From Tubiluchus corallicola (Eukaryota > Animalia > Priapulida), in the NCBI GenBank assembly GCA_030141605.1, contig JAQGDQ010001888.1, positions 1 to 22,178 of the forward strand: a DNA stretch of 22,178 nt, given 5' to 3'. Positions 1 through 11,600 of this stretch are shown in pieces (within the stretch, counting starts at the first letter, position 1; each line of letters begins with the position of its first letter). The notes below the pieces were generated by a model. The model saw only the letters and a program-made list of their open reading frames with translations. It had not been told where the DNA came from and ran no database searches. The position numbers and the translations under genes are program-made.

Positions 1-2160
1 GAGTGAATGAAAGAATGGTTAGGGTTAGTAGACATGATGGAATGGAAAAATAGTAAGATTAGGAATAGGAAGAAGGAAGGGAGGAGAGGATGAGTGAATG
101 AAAGAATGGTTAGGGATAGTAGACACGATGGAATAAAAATAGTAAGATTAGGGATAGGAAGAAGGAAGGGAGGAGAGGATGAGTGAATGAAATAATGGTT
201 AGGGTCAGTAGACATGATGGAATAAAAATAGTAAGATTAGGGATAGGAAGAAGGAAGGGAGGAGAGGATGAGAGAATGAAATAATGGTTAGGGTTAGTAG
301 ACATTATGAAATGGAATAATAGTAAGATTAGGGATAGGAAGAAGGAAGGGGGAGAGGATGAGAGAATGAAAGAATGCTTAGGGTCGGTAGACATGATGGA
401 ATGGAAAAATAGTAAGATTAGAGAGAGGAAGAAGGAAGGGAGGAGAGGATGAGTGAATGAAATAATGGTTAGTTAGTAGACATGGATGGAATGAAAAAGA
501 AAAGATTAGGGATAGGAAGAAGGTAGTGAGAGATGAGTGATAAGAATGTTAGGGTAGTAGACATGATGGAATAAAAAATAGTAAGATTAGGGATAGGAAG
601 AAGGAAGGGAGGGAGGATGAGTGAATGAAAGAATGGTTAGGGTTAGTAGACATGATGGAATGGAAAATAGTAAGATTAGGGATAGGAAGAAGGAAGGAGG
701 GGAGGATGAGTGAATGAAAGAATGGTTAGGGGTTAGTAGACATGATGGAATGGAAAAAATAGTAAGATTAGGGATAGGAAGAAGGAGAGGAGTGGATGAG
801 TAGAATGAAAGAATGGTTAGGGTTAGTAGACATGATGGAATGGAAAAAATAGTAAGATTAGGGATAGGAAGAAGGAAGGGAGGAGGATGAGTGAATGAAA
901 GAATGGTTAGGGTTAGTAGACATGATGGAATGGAAAAAATAGTAAGATTAGGGATAGGAAGAAGGAAGGGAGGGGAGGATGAGTGAATGAAAGAATGGTT
1001 AGGGTTAGTAGACATGATGGAATGGAAAAAATAGTAAGATTAGGGATAGGAAGAAGGAAGGGAGGAGAGGAGGAGTGAATGAAAGAATGGTTAGGGTTAG
1101 TAGACATGATGGAATGGAAAAATAGTAAGATTAGAGATAGGAAGAAGGAAGGGAGGGGAGGATGAGTGAATGAAAGAATGGTTAGGGTTAGTAGACATGA
1201 TGGAATGGAAAAAATAGTAAGATTAGGGATAGGAAGAAGGAAGGGAGGGGAGGATGAGTGAATGAAAGAATGGTTAGGGTTAGTAGACATGATGGAATGG
1301 AAAAAATAGTAAGATTAGGGATAGGAAGAAGGAAGGGAGGGGAGGATGAGTGAATGAAAGAATGGTTAGGGTTAGTAGACATGATGGAATGGAAAAAATA
1401 GTAAGATTAGGGATAGGAAGAAGGAAGGGAGGGGAGGATGAGTGAATGAAAGAATGGTTAGGGTTAGTAGACATGATGGAATGGAAAAAATAGTAAGATT
1501 AGGGATAGGAAGAAGGAAGGGAGGGGAGGATGAGTGAATGAAAGAATGGTTAGGGTTAGTAGACATGATGGAATGGAAAAATAGTAAGATTAGAGATAGG
1601 AAGAAGGAAGAGAGGGGAGGATGAGTGAATGAAAGAATGGTTAGGGTTAGTAGACATGATGGAATGGAAAAAATAGTAAGATTAGGGATAGGAAGAAGGA
1701 AGGGAGGGGAGGATGAGTGAATGAAAGAATGGTTAGGGTTAGTAGACATGATGGAATGGAAAAAATAGTAAGATTAGGGATAGGAAGAAGGAAGGGAGGG
1801 GAGGATGAGTGAATGAAAGAATGGTTAGGGTTAGTAGACATGATGGAATGGAAAAAATAGTAAGATTAGGGATAGGAAGAAAGAAGGGAGGGGAGGATGA
1901 GTGAATGAAAGAATGGTTAGGGTTAGTAGACATGCTGGAATGGAAAAAATAGTAAGATTAGGGATAGGAAGAAGGAAGGGAGGGAAGGATGAGTGAATGA
2001 AAGAATGGTTAGGGTTAGTAGACATGATGGAATGGAAAAAATAGTAAGATTAGGGATAGGAAGAAAGAAGGGAGGGAAGGATGAGTGAATGAAAGAATGG
2101 TTAGGGTTAGTAGACATGATGGAATGGAAAAAATAGTAAGATTAGGGATAGGAAGAAGGA
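1..2160. repeat. 92-bp purine-rich tandem satellite (~23 copies, continues past the left edge) with embedded TTAGGG motifs
   Basis: Consensus GAGTGAATGAAAGAATGGTTAGGGTTAGTAGACATGATGGAATGGAAAAAATAGTAAGATTAGGGATAGGAAGAAGGAAGGGAGGGGAGGAT. The 92-bp period also shows in the ORF-track spacing (1188/1280/1372). More degenerate in 1-850, near-homogeneous in 900-2160. Confidence 0.97.
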
Positions 2161-2174
2161 AAAGAGGAGAAGAA

Positions 2175-2481
2175 ACGACCACGGTTTCAACACCAGACTA
2201 ACCAACTGCAACTTTTTAAGCTGCTGCAATTTTAATCATTTTATGTAAGCTATTTTTTTGTTTACTGTATGAAGTGTCCCTCCGTTTTAAGTTTCTTTTA
2301 AGTTTTTTCTCGTTTAATAATAAAATTTTTACTGCACACGTATTTGTCTTATAACTGCGATTGTAAGTATATTGTAAATTAGTTTATACTGTATTATGTG
2401 GCTAGCATAAGTGCTATGTGCCTGCTGCCATTTTCTTTTATAAAAAATGCATCTCTTAAATAAAATAAAAAATAAAATAAA
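2175..2481 (+). mobile_element. Possible decayed LINE (L2/CR1/Crack-like) 3' end
   Basis: Short HGFNTR-like coding remnant, AT-rich UTR-like stretch, weak hairpin (~2398-2431) and a (TAAAA)n tail at 2457-2481. Pattern-based inference only. Confidence 0.3.
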
Positions 2482-3721
2482 TTAAGTTGAGTTTTCAATT
2501 TCTGACGAGAAGTGGAAAGAATTAAAAATAAAAGAGATCAAATACGAAATACGATGATTAAAATATTAAAAAATACGTTTATATCTGTACTTGTGATAAT
2601 TTTTAAGTACAGTAGGCATACCACTTCCTGAAAGCATTTCTTGTACATGAATTATACGTAAGTATAAAATTCGACTAATAATTTACATACAACCGTTGTC
2701 GCAAGATAAATGAATGTTATAGTGTATTTTGTACAGCTCAGGCTACTCAGCTTACTCAACAGATAAAAAATATGCCGTGTAATATTATATTGGACAGACT
2801 CTATTACTAGATTTAGAAAAATGCTAAAAAATGAAATTTTAAGTATCAGTGAGAAATCAAAATTTCTATCAGTATCCATCCTCACAGTAGTGGCAAAACA
2901 GTGGTGTTAGCTTAATCAAGTTATCTTAATTTTACAGACTATTAACAAATAATAGTCTTTCTATCTTTTATATCATCTCATATATGAGCTTCATTCATTA
3001 CATCATTCCATTTTAAGCACTAATGTTTTTTTATCACACGATTCACTTTAAATTTTCAGATTATTTCCATTACTTTTGTTTTCTACCACTGTGTGGGACA
3101 ATCTAACAAGCCCTGCTTTTTGATTGCCCGCTACACATTTACCTTCGTATATAAGTGAACAGTGTTTGAGGCTTTTCCTGTGCAGTATTTCTTATTTGTA
3201 TTATATTCATTGTAGGCCCTTTCACTAGATATTGTACATAAAACTATTATAAATGTGTAATGTGAAATAAATGACCAATGGCTTATGACTGAATTGTTGT
3301 GTTTAAAATACAGCAATTTCTTCCAAGTGTATGTCAACACTACAAGAAACAGATTTTTGCAGATACCGATGCTTAGTGCTGATTAGTGAGAGTGTTAAGC
3401 AAAGCCACTACAGTTACACAGAACAATATTGATCCTTATTCAAGTAATGCTGATTATGTGAAACTACACACACCTTGCGTGTTAGTAACAATGTCACCAT
3501 GGTTGCACTTTGCAGCAGCAGTAATACGCTTTGTTTTAACAAACAAATCCAATCGTCTACGATTTTGTTGCCATGTTTTAATCTGTTGACAATAAAGTGA
3601 TTGATCTTAAAATTATTTCACTGGCGCGCCAGTTACTGCAAGGTTTTTGTTACCATGGGAAGAATGGCAAGTATCAAACTGTGTACGAACACAGAGACAA
3701 AGTTTAAACATTTGGTTAACC

Positions 3722-4202
3722 CAGGCGTGTGCAAATTATCTGACTAGCCGGGCCACATTAAACTTTCCCGCAATTCCTGTGGGCCAGGAGCAGTTTGATC
3801 AAGGAGCCAAGTACAGAAAGGCCTAATAACGTTTTTTTGCATCCGACCTGCGTACATCATTACTACTACACTCAAGAAACTATTTTAGAAGTTATTAAAA
3901 TTTATATTACAAACCATATATTTCTACTTTTAGGAGATATAGTGGTAATTTCATTACAATGTATATTAGTAATGTGTATCACACAGTCTGTGTAGTACAG
4001 TGACATTAAGCTACAACCGTCTTGTAAGGGTTAATGGCGTCCGATCTAGTAGAAAAAACTACCCGCACTATCTTTGGGATCATGGCATGGACTTCAGCTG
4101 GATACACTCAATTAATCGCCCGGGCCGCACTTTCATTAGGTTGACAAATCTCTTCGCGGGCCGCACAAATTCTCTCGGTGGGCCGCAATTTGCACACCCC
4201 CG
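3722..4202. mobile_element. Non-autonomous hAT-type MITE, family A copy 1
   Basis: Termini CAGGCGTGTGCAAA / TTTGCACACCCCCG, perfect 8-bp TSD GGTTAACC (3714-3721, 4203-4210), subterminal GCGGGCCGCA repeats. Internal sequence shared with 13807-14085 and 18185-18571. Confidence 0.9.
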
Positions 4203-4436
4203 GGTTAACCTGTTTGTTTCACTGGTTAAGCAATCACAGGATGAACTAGCATGGAAATTTTCACGTGCATACCTCTGTCAAACATTGTGTAAAACAGTAA
4301 TTTCTGTATTCTCACTAAGCCACATAGAATTTTTCTAAAAAAGTCGACTTTAAATTTGATTTTCTTTCCCAATAGATGCAGCACATGCAAGTAATACTTA
4401 GATATACCCTGTCAACAGCGCATGATGACAGGTAAG

Positions 4437-4894
4437 CAGTGGTGGCTCGTAGTTAAAATTAGTGGGAGGGGGGCCTGCTTCAGAAAATTTTTAGTCATTG
4501 TTTTACTACTGTGTAAAACGTAACAAACATATGTAATTTTAATGTTGTAATTTTAATTTAAAACAAACAAACATATGAAAGTTTGTATATAAACTTGATA
4601 AAATCCTGAACAAAAAATATTTTTCACTTACCAATAGCCTAACTTGTCGCATTTCAACAACAACTGTGTGAGCGACAATACATATTCTACTTGGGCTCAG
4701 ACATGTGCGCATGGCCGCATGTGCACAACAGCCAAACACCGCGTTGCTGGAGCTGTGAAGCAAACAGTACTACCCTCATGTGCTCTGGTTCCATACAATT
4801 ATAAAGAAAGAACTAAAGAAATAAGACTTCGATAATATTGAGTGAAAATAGGGGGTGCTGCAGTTCCACAGTACCTATACATGAGGCGCCACTG
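4437..4894. mobile_element. Non-autonomous DNA transposon (MITE) with apparent 5-bp TSD
   Basis: Imperfect TIR CAGTGGTGGCTCGT / ATGAGGCGCCACTG, flanked by direct GTAAG at 4432-4436 and 4895-4899. Confidence 0.6.
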
Positions 4895-5884
4895 GTAAGC
4901 GGTAACCAAATGAATGAACTACATTTTTCAACACAATGATCTGTTTAACGGTTGGTCAAAAAACCTATTAAAGTTCTGTAATAAAATTTCTAGGGTGAAT
5001 ACAAGAAAGTGACTTTTAATGAGAGCTGAAACAACCACGTGTAGATTAACTACTCTCAAAAAATGGTAGTTAATAAGAAACAGTGTACTTTTGGTCACTA
5101 CCGACATTACGTTATATACTGCTTTCAAAGTACTGCAATCATAATCCACTTTGCCGATCTACAATCACCTTTTCTAGAAAATTGCAAGGCTGAGTACAGG
5201 CATCTGACTATGTATATAAAGTATGTAAATTATGCACGACGCTATTAACCTAATTACCTGGTTAGTAAGTACACTGAGTGGTACCATACAATATAAACAA
5301 TGCAACATTTCCGTTAGATGCCCTTTGGTCGACCCCAGATGCTTGAAAAACATTTTGGCCTTGGTCATTCAGTTTGACATGCATTAAATGCAAATGTTAC
5401 TACTGATAATCTAAGATGAAGGACAAAAGGTTTTGGCAAAATAAAGAAAATTAAGTAATTTGTCAACGATACTGGATGTTTTAATAAACCATGTCAAACT
5501 GCCTCTGCATAAGATTTATCTGAATATTCTACACAATGTTTGACACATTCCTTGTAGATGCCTGCCCCTGCTGGGCCAAAATGTGGCAGTGTCAAAAACT
5601 CTAGCATTATGTTTTCTGTATGTTTATCTGTTTGTCCTCAAAAGAGTCAAATAATATGTACTTTGTCTGTTTTGGAAGAAATGGTTATGTTTACACCCTA
5701 GCAACCGCCAAATTAAGACCTTGCACACCATAGCAACCGCTGGAGTTCTGAAAGGTCATATAATCTACTCTCTAAAATTGATATGAAAACATTTTGTTTA
5801 CCGCATTCTTCACGTAGATTTTTAGCAAAATGTGCAAAATCCCACATGCACATGCAAATGTCTTATTTTAAGTCAGTGAAGAAA

Positions 5885-6032
5885 AAATATTGAGTCACTT
5901 ATGCGGTGTTATTTGAGTCAATTACCCATAGTTTTTATGTACATTTGAATAGAAGCGGCCCGTTCCGGGCGTTTTTGAGTCAATTAAGCGATTGAGTCTA
6001 TTAACCGTGATTCCATTAACTGGCGCCTACTG
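5885..6032 (-). mobile_element. Tc1/mariner-type MITE terminus fragment
   Basis: Minus strand reads TA|CAGTAGGCGCCAGTTAATGGAATCAC, similar to TA|CAGTAGGTGCCGCTTAATAGATTCAC at 18107, with internal GACTCAA repeats. Partner TIR not found. Confidence 0.45.
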
Positions 6033-6060
6033 TACTTAACTTTGCTATTATGACACGTAC

Positions 6061-6250
6061 CTGTGTGCAAGACGTCCAACAATAGCGCAATGGCATAGCA
6101 GTGAGACAACGTGTTGACAACGTTTACACATTGTTTCAACTCGGACAAAAAAGCGTCCATAAACAGTCTCCTTCGAGTGGTCACTCCGAAAAGGAATCGC
6201 GTTAAGGGAGGTAGGTCATTTATTGTGGCAAATCTATCCAAAGTTTCACT
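6061..6250 (-). CDS. NCAPG2: NCAPG2 exon (SETLDRFATINDLPPLTRFLFGVTTRRRLFMDAFLSELKQCVNVVNTLSHCYAIALLLDVLHT)
   Basis: Acceptor TTTTTAG|AGT, donor G|GTACGT, 190 nt, phase 0 to 1. DLPPLTRFL..FLSELKQCV matches recalled human DLPPFSRCL..FLDELKACV. Confidence 0.88.
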
Positions 6251-6593
6251 CTAAAAAGTAAACAGCATAAACAAATATATATTAAAAAATGTAAATAACC
6301 AAACATGAAATAAAAATAAATTGCATGGAGAATTGATTCACATTTAGCTATCTGTTAAATAGTTACATGTATATATAATGTATATATTTATGTATATATA
6401 AACATGTAAATATAAATTATGTAAATATAAATATGTTAATATATGTGTATATTAAAAGGTCCACAATAACAGACTTCATTCACTAGAATAAATCTAGATT
6501 ACATTATTAGGAAAGTATTAAAAATTACAAACTTTTCTAAATGCATGCTTTACTTATATAAGAACAAGGACTTTTGCTAAAATTTACGATAAA

Positions 6594-6620
6594 ACAGACA
6601 GACAGACAGACAGGCAGACA
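6594..6620. repeat. (ACAG)n microsatellite
   Basis: Directly visible acagacagacagacagacaggcagaca. Confidence 0.8.
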
Positions 6621-7647
6621 AACGCCCTACCACTCTCTGATATAACTTTTCATATGATATGAGCGCCAGATATATTTCTACTAGACTTAATATTATTTAT
6701 TTTGATGTGATTCACAGAAAATGTGCATACAGTTTATACGTCAGGCTGAATAAGAGTGAAAATTTTTTATGCAAGAACATTTGAAACATTGATGTAAACT
6801 TTACTTCTGTAATTAGATGTCATTGGCGTAGTTTGTTATATCGTTAATTGTTATTTGTGTTATTGTTGTGTGTCATGATGTATTGTATTATTTGTATTAA
6901 TTTGCGATGTGGATATGAACTTTGTAAAGTTTGAAATAAAATATTAAATCTAAATCTAAACTGATTACTGTCGTTGTGGGTAGTAAAAATTAATCAAAAT
7001 TTGAATAACCAAGCGAATAAATCAAGCGAAAGATAAGCCAGTAATATTAAAGCAAAACCGGATCCAATCTCAAACTGTTGGTCAGAACAATCTACTCTTT
7101 AAAATATTGAAAGGAAACATACTATTTTTTCAAAAATGACTTACGTGAAAGAATTATTACCACACAAACACATTTTCACATTCGCGCCACTAGTTCTTCG
7201 CTGTTACATGCATTTCGCCATTCACTAGTTAGACAGGCACGAGCGCCTGCATTTCGGAAACGCATTGCACAAAAAACTGGTGTTGTATCTCTCAGTTCAG
7301 ATGTGTTAGTTTGTGATGTCATTAATAGTTGGGCTCGCATGCCATTGATTAAATTTTAATCTATTATATAATTATCAGAAACGCTTTTGCAGTATTATTG
7401 GTGTTAAAATGTGTACTTTTTAACGGATTTGAAAATGGGGTAGTGTGGAAAATCGTCCTGTCTTCCTTTAACTGAAACTCTATTTCGCCATTCGCAATTT
7501 ACTTATTTTTTACTATTTTAGCCAAAACAGACTGATATGAACTTGCGCAAGCCTCAGTTAGCTGCGCGTTCCGCTACTGTATAATTTGTAAATATGACTA
7601 GTAACTGTCTGTGTTGCAAATGGCACAACACGTACGTGACACAGTAC

Positions 7648-7797
7648 CTTCAATTTTAGAAGATGAGTCATTTCAGCCACTACTGCTGTCATCAGGGTAG
7701 ACATGACATCACTATTCAATGTGTCATTGACGTTGTCGGCACGGCGATAATAAAAAATAATGACTTCGGTAAAAGGTTGCTTGACAGCAGACAGGAC
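7648..7797 (-). CDS. NCAPG2: NCAPG2 exon (VLSAVKQPFTEVIIFYYRRADNVNDTLNSDVMSTLMTAVVAEMTHLLKLK), not in the ORF track
   Basis: Acceptor TTTTTTCTTCAG|GTC, donor AAG|GTACTG, 150 nt, phase 0/0. Resembles recalled human LLYSVQRPLHEF...VLSTLIAGPVVEISHQLRK. Confidence 0.88.
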
Positions 7798-7942
7798 CTG
7801 AAGAAAAAATAATGTTTACGATCACACAACTGTTTCAATTTTCACTGACGTTTTCTGTTATACAATAAACAGTTTCTGAAAAGAATTTTATACAAAAAGA
7901 GAAAGAAATTGTAGTTACAGTCAGTGCATAATTGCGTAATAT

Positions 7943-8310
7943 GATGTTCGTCCTTATGACCATCGTGACAGGGATAAAGGGTCAGTTTGGGGGGTTGTCA
8001 TTCCTTTGATGAGCTTGAAGGTGACTGATTAGACCAATTCTGGCCTGGAAACTTCTTTGGCATTTGGCACAGGTGAGGCTGGATGTTTGGACCTGTTGTT
8101 GGGCAGTGTCACGTGCCTTGCGTCTCCTGCGCTTCTCCTCTGCCTCCTCAATTCTTTTCGCCTCTGCAGTCTTAGCCCCTGTGGTGATGGCACTCCGCCA
8201 TGCTGAGCGATCTTGTGCAAGGGTTTCCATTGAGCGGATATCCATGCTGAGCTCCTTGAGCGAGGCCTTCAGGCTGTCTTTGAAGCTGTATTTGAAGCGC
8301 TGTCTTTGAA
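7943..8310 (-). mobile_element. 5'-truncated RTE-like LINE: ORF2 C-terminus with CCHH zinc finger plus short 3' UTR
   Basis: Peptide FKDSLKASLK...LAQDRSAWRSAI...CAKCQRSFQARIGLISHLQAH (ORF 7982-8245) is typical of RTE-clade ORF2 ends. Perfect 9-bp TSD GCGTAATAT at 7934-7942 and 8311-8319. GC content is higher than the flanks. Confidence 0.9.
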
Positions 8311-8562
8311 GCGTAATATAAGGAAAAGATAATTACGAACTAGGTGATCAACATCTAAAGTGTCCATAGTGTTCACAGTATTTCATACAAACTGCATCAA
8401 GCATGATCAGTAGCCAGTTAACAGGTAAGGCAAGAGGTTACTTTTGTGCAAAGTCGGCCAATCGATTGACAGAGTCCCAGCAAAGAAGACATTTTACAGC
8501 AAAAAATAACAGAAGTAAACAAAAATATTCGAAATTTCAACGTAGAAAAATTGGTACACAAC

Positions 8563-8756
8563 CTGTTCTGCTTCATCTGAATGTTTATTGACCATGACAG
8601 CCATGACATGTATAACGCGTGAGATCATACTCGTCATGTCGTCACTTAGCAAACTGTAGCCCTCATCTTGATCTTCAAGGTCATCATAGTAATACGCACG
8701 GTCAGCTACTTGATACAAGAATCGCATGATGGGCGCAAGTAGTCTGTGAACTTTAT
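8563..8756 (-). CDS. NCAPG2: NCAPG2 exon ([D]KVHRLLAPIMRFLYQVADRAYYYDDLEDQDEGYSLLSDDMTSMISRVIHVMAVMVNKHSDEAEQ)
   Basis: Acceptor TTTTTTTTAG|AT, donor CAG|GTTGTG, 194 nt, phase 1 to 0, matching both neighbouring exons. Confidence 0.85.
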
Positions 8757-9107
8757 CTAAAAAAAATATTTAATGAATTAATCAAAGAAAGAACTGTAGT
8801 ATAACCAGGCTGCATAAGATTATGGATATCCATAAAATAAGACCAAAAATCCATAAAATAAGAAATGCATAAAATAAAAAAATATTTTTTTTGTGATTTT
8901 TTGTACAAAGTAACGAGTTGTAAGCATTGGCAACACTGAAAACGAACGTTAGAAGGAGAGAACTGTAGTATAACTCAGAACGGAACGAACACCTCGGAAA
9001 GGGAAAATGTCTTTGAGTTATGTGAGGGTGCTAGTTAGACTATGAACTATGAATTTTATTTCACACATCAAAATACAATATCAAACACATTAATAAACTT
9101 TAAATAA

Positions 9108-9386
9108 AATAATTTGAGTAGTGTGAGGTGAGTGGACAACCATACGATCATTAACACACTCACCTTACTTAAATGAAAAAATGATTATAGTTATGCATGC
9201 TTCTGTAGATAACTTAATGTAAATAAGGATGAAGTAAATGATGTAATAATTTGAGTAGTGCGAGGTGAGTGTACGACCATACGGTCATTAACACACTCAC
9301 ATTACTTAAATGAAAAAATGATTATAATTATGCATGCTTCTGTAGATAACTTAATGTAAATAAGGATGAAGTAAATGATGTAATAA
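9108..9386. repeat. Tandem duplication of ~138 bp (2 copies)
   Basis: aataatttgagtagtgYgaggtgagtg...gtaaatgatgtaataat occurs twice with a few differences. It contains a GTGAGTG/CACTCAC hairpin. Confidence 0.85.
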
Positions 9387-9548
9387 TAGCAATGGTATAA
9401 GAGCAATAAACCTGAAAGTTGAGAAAGGAAAACATAATATGTAATTACGACTTTGAGTGAACCTTAAAGAGTGAAATTTTTTTTTTAAATAGTTACGAAT
9501 ATGAATTATGTGATTATCTGTCAATGCACCACTTACTTGTATTACAAT

Positions 9549-9582
9549 GATATATATATATATATATATACACATATATATA
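9549..9582. repeat. (TA)n microsatellite
   Basis: Directly visible. Confidence 0.85.
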
Positions 9583-10406
9583 CCCAAATTTAAGTGGGGG
9601 AGAAGAGATTAAATTACACATTATAGACAAAGTTTGCAAGAAAACAAGATTGAATCTCTCATTGAGAATTTAATTAAATATCAAACCGTTTTCATGAATA
9701 ACAAAAATAAAACGACTGGTCCACCTCTATTGTACTCTGAGCAGCGTAGTTAATAGAATTCGGTAATAATAATATTGTGGTTTAGTTATTAAACCACGTT
9801 GTTCGTTAAGCCATGTTGCGCTCAGCGTTCTGTTAAGGTAATTCTAAAATTTTTAGCATTTTTTCTGAAACTAGCAGTTAAAATTGTAATGTGGTGCGCA
9901 CTTCCGTGCGGGGATTTCTCGTGCGGGAATTCGGTTTGAGATACGCGACAATGCAACAAGGTATGTAAGTATTTGAGTTATAACAGATCGAGTTGACTGT
10001 AATTGCGGTTTAACTGTAATTGCTTAATGAATTTCATCAGTGATTAATTATTGTAATCTGAATGTGAAGTTTATTTTCAGTGAAGTGACAGACCAAAGTT
10101 TAATCGAATTTTGACATCAAACTTGAAAGACAAACAAAGGGAAAAGGTTGGGATTTGTAGGAGAGTTTCACTTTTTTCACGCTGCTTGTAGTTGAAGTTT
10201 ATTAAATTAATTGCGGGTATGTGATACCATGCGACTGTGATATTCTACAACACATTATTACAATATCATAGAGTAGAAAAAATCAATAAGATGATCCAGT
10301 TAAAAGTTAGTAAACAAATATTTAGTTACCAATAAATTTGCTTCTTCTAATTATAATCATTAATAAATATTAAATACCTCAATAGTATCCAACATCGGAC
10401 TGTGTT

Positions 10407-10417
10407 TAATCAATCAA

Positions 10418-10451
<34 letters not shown>

Positions 10452-10521
10452 AGTCAGTCAGTCAGTCAGTCAGTCAGTCAGTCAGTCAGTCAGTCAGTCA
10501 GTCAGTCAGTCAGTCAGTCAG

Positions 10522-10615
<94 letters not shown>
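10407..10615. repeat. Compound (CAAT)n(CAGT)n(CAAT)n microsatellite, probably the tail of the adjacent LINE remnant
   Basis: Directly visible. On the minus strand it follows AAATAAAAAA as (GATT)n then (GACT)n. Confidence 0.92.
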
Positions 10616-11330
10616 TTTTTTATTTGTCTTGCAACACACGCACAGTTATAAAACAATTGATTTGGAAAAAAATGTGAGGAAAGGGCAGCGAAAGACCAAT
10701 TGGTCATCTAGTCAGCTGCCCTTTGGTTAGTGATGAACATTTTTATAAGCGTTATGCTACAGTGTATTAGTGTCAGTACTGCTTAAAATAAAGATTTTAA
10801 TAGTTACGAATGACATTAAATTGATATGCTTATAACGTGTTAGTACAATTCATACACTGTAATAATAAGTGCATAATAAAAAAAATCAAACTGAAAATAA
10901 CTGAAATAAAACTGAACTGAAAATAAAAATCTGACAACAACGGAAACATAAGAACAATGGCAACAGAAATATACTTCATAACACAAGCATAATTCTTAGA
11001 CAGTCAAAAAATAAATTATCATGTAAATAATAGAACTGAGAATCAGGTTTATCTATATATTGGTATAATGAAGTATATTAAATTGGGCGTTAATTTTCAT
11101 GGACAGGCATACAGAAGTTATAATTTACGTAACAAAAAGCGTTTCATGTGGGGAAAAACAACCGGAATAAACAATAACATTGTAAACAACATTGTAAGTT
11201 GTGTGTTATAGTCGTGCATAAGCAAGCGAATGTATAATGGAGTCATTAAAAAATTACAGAGCGATTTTCGATGATCTGAGTTAAAATAAATAGGCAGGAT
11301 GCATGGCAGCCATAATCGCATTTTGGCAAT
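10616..11330 (-). mobile_element. Decayed L2/CR1/Crack-like LINE 3' end
   Basis: Degenerate HDYNT...LFIP...KRF peptide (ORF 11118-11321), T-rich UTR, terminal hairpin AAAGGGCAGC/GCTGCCCTTT (10680-10724), then AATAAA and a tetranucleotide tail. Boundaries are approximate. Confidence 0.5.
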
Positions 11331-11473
11331 GCGTGGTTAAAGTTACTTTTACGTCAACTAAAAACTCAGCAAACTAAAAATCAACGTCCTTGTCCGGTCA
11401 AAACACAGATTCAATGCAACAACGGTGGGTAGTAACCATGACGACAGTGACGAATGAATGTAATCACACATAC

Positions 11474-11573
11474 CTGTCTGCATAACTGAAGAAACAAACT
11501 CCATCATTTGAGAGGAAAATTCCTGGTCAGTAAATCCCACTAGAATCATGTCTGAACTAAAGTCCAAGATGTT
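11474..11573 (-). CDS. NCAPG2: NCAPG2 exon (NILDFSSDMILVGFTDQEFSSQMMEFVSSVMQT)
   Basis: Acceptor TTTTGCTTTGCAG|AAC, donor G|GTATGT, 100 nt, phase 0 to 1. Resembles recalled human KDVVMVGLGDHQFQMQLLQRSLGIMQT. Confidence 0.9.
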
Positions 11574-11600
11574 CTGCAAAGCAAAACAACAATGAACTGG

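Noticed and set aside
110-2117. Series of hydrophobic minus-strand ORFs (MSTNPNHSF...)
   Set aside because: Translations of the pyrimidine-rich strand of the 92-bp satellite. The period is not a multiple of 3 and the frames cycle.
4000-4338. Similar ORFs at 4000, 13899 and 18415 (MTLS.N.LVRVN...) as a gene family
   Set aside because: All three derive from non-coding MITE family A copies and are frameshifted relative to each other.
4928-5155. GKVDYDCSTLKAVYNVMSVVTKS frame as the NCAPG2 last exon
   Set aside because: Looks protein-like, but the nearest AG gives phase 0, incompatible with the phase-1 donor at 6060.
8791-9999. GAACTGTAGTATAAC direct repeat (8791, 8960) and mariner-like ends near 8970 and 9999
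   Set aside because: Probably nested decayed MITEs, but paired TIRs and TSDs could not be fixed.
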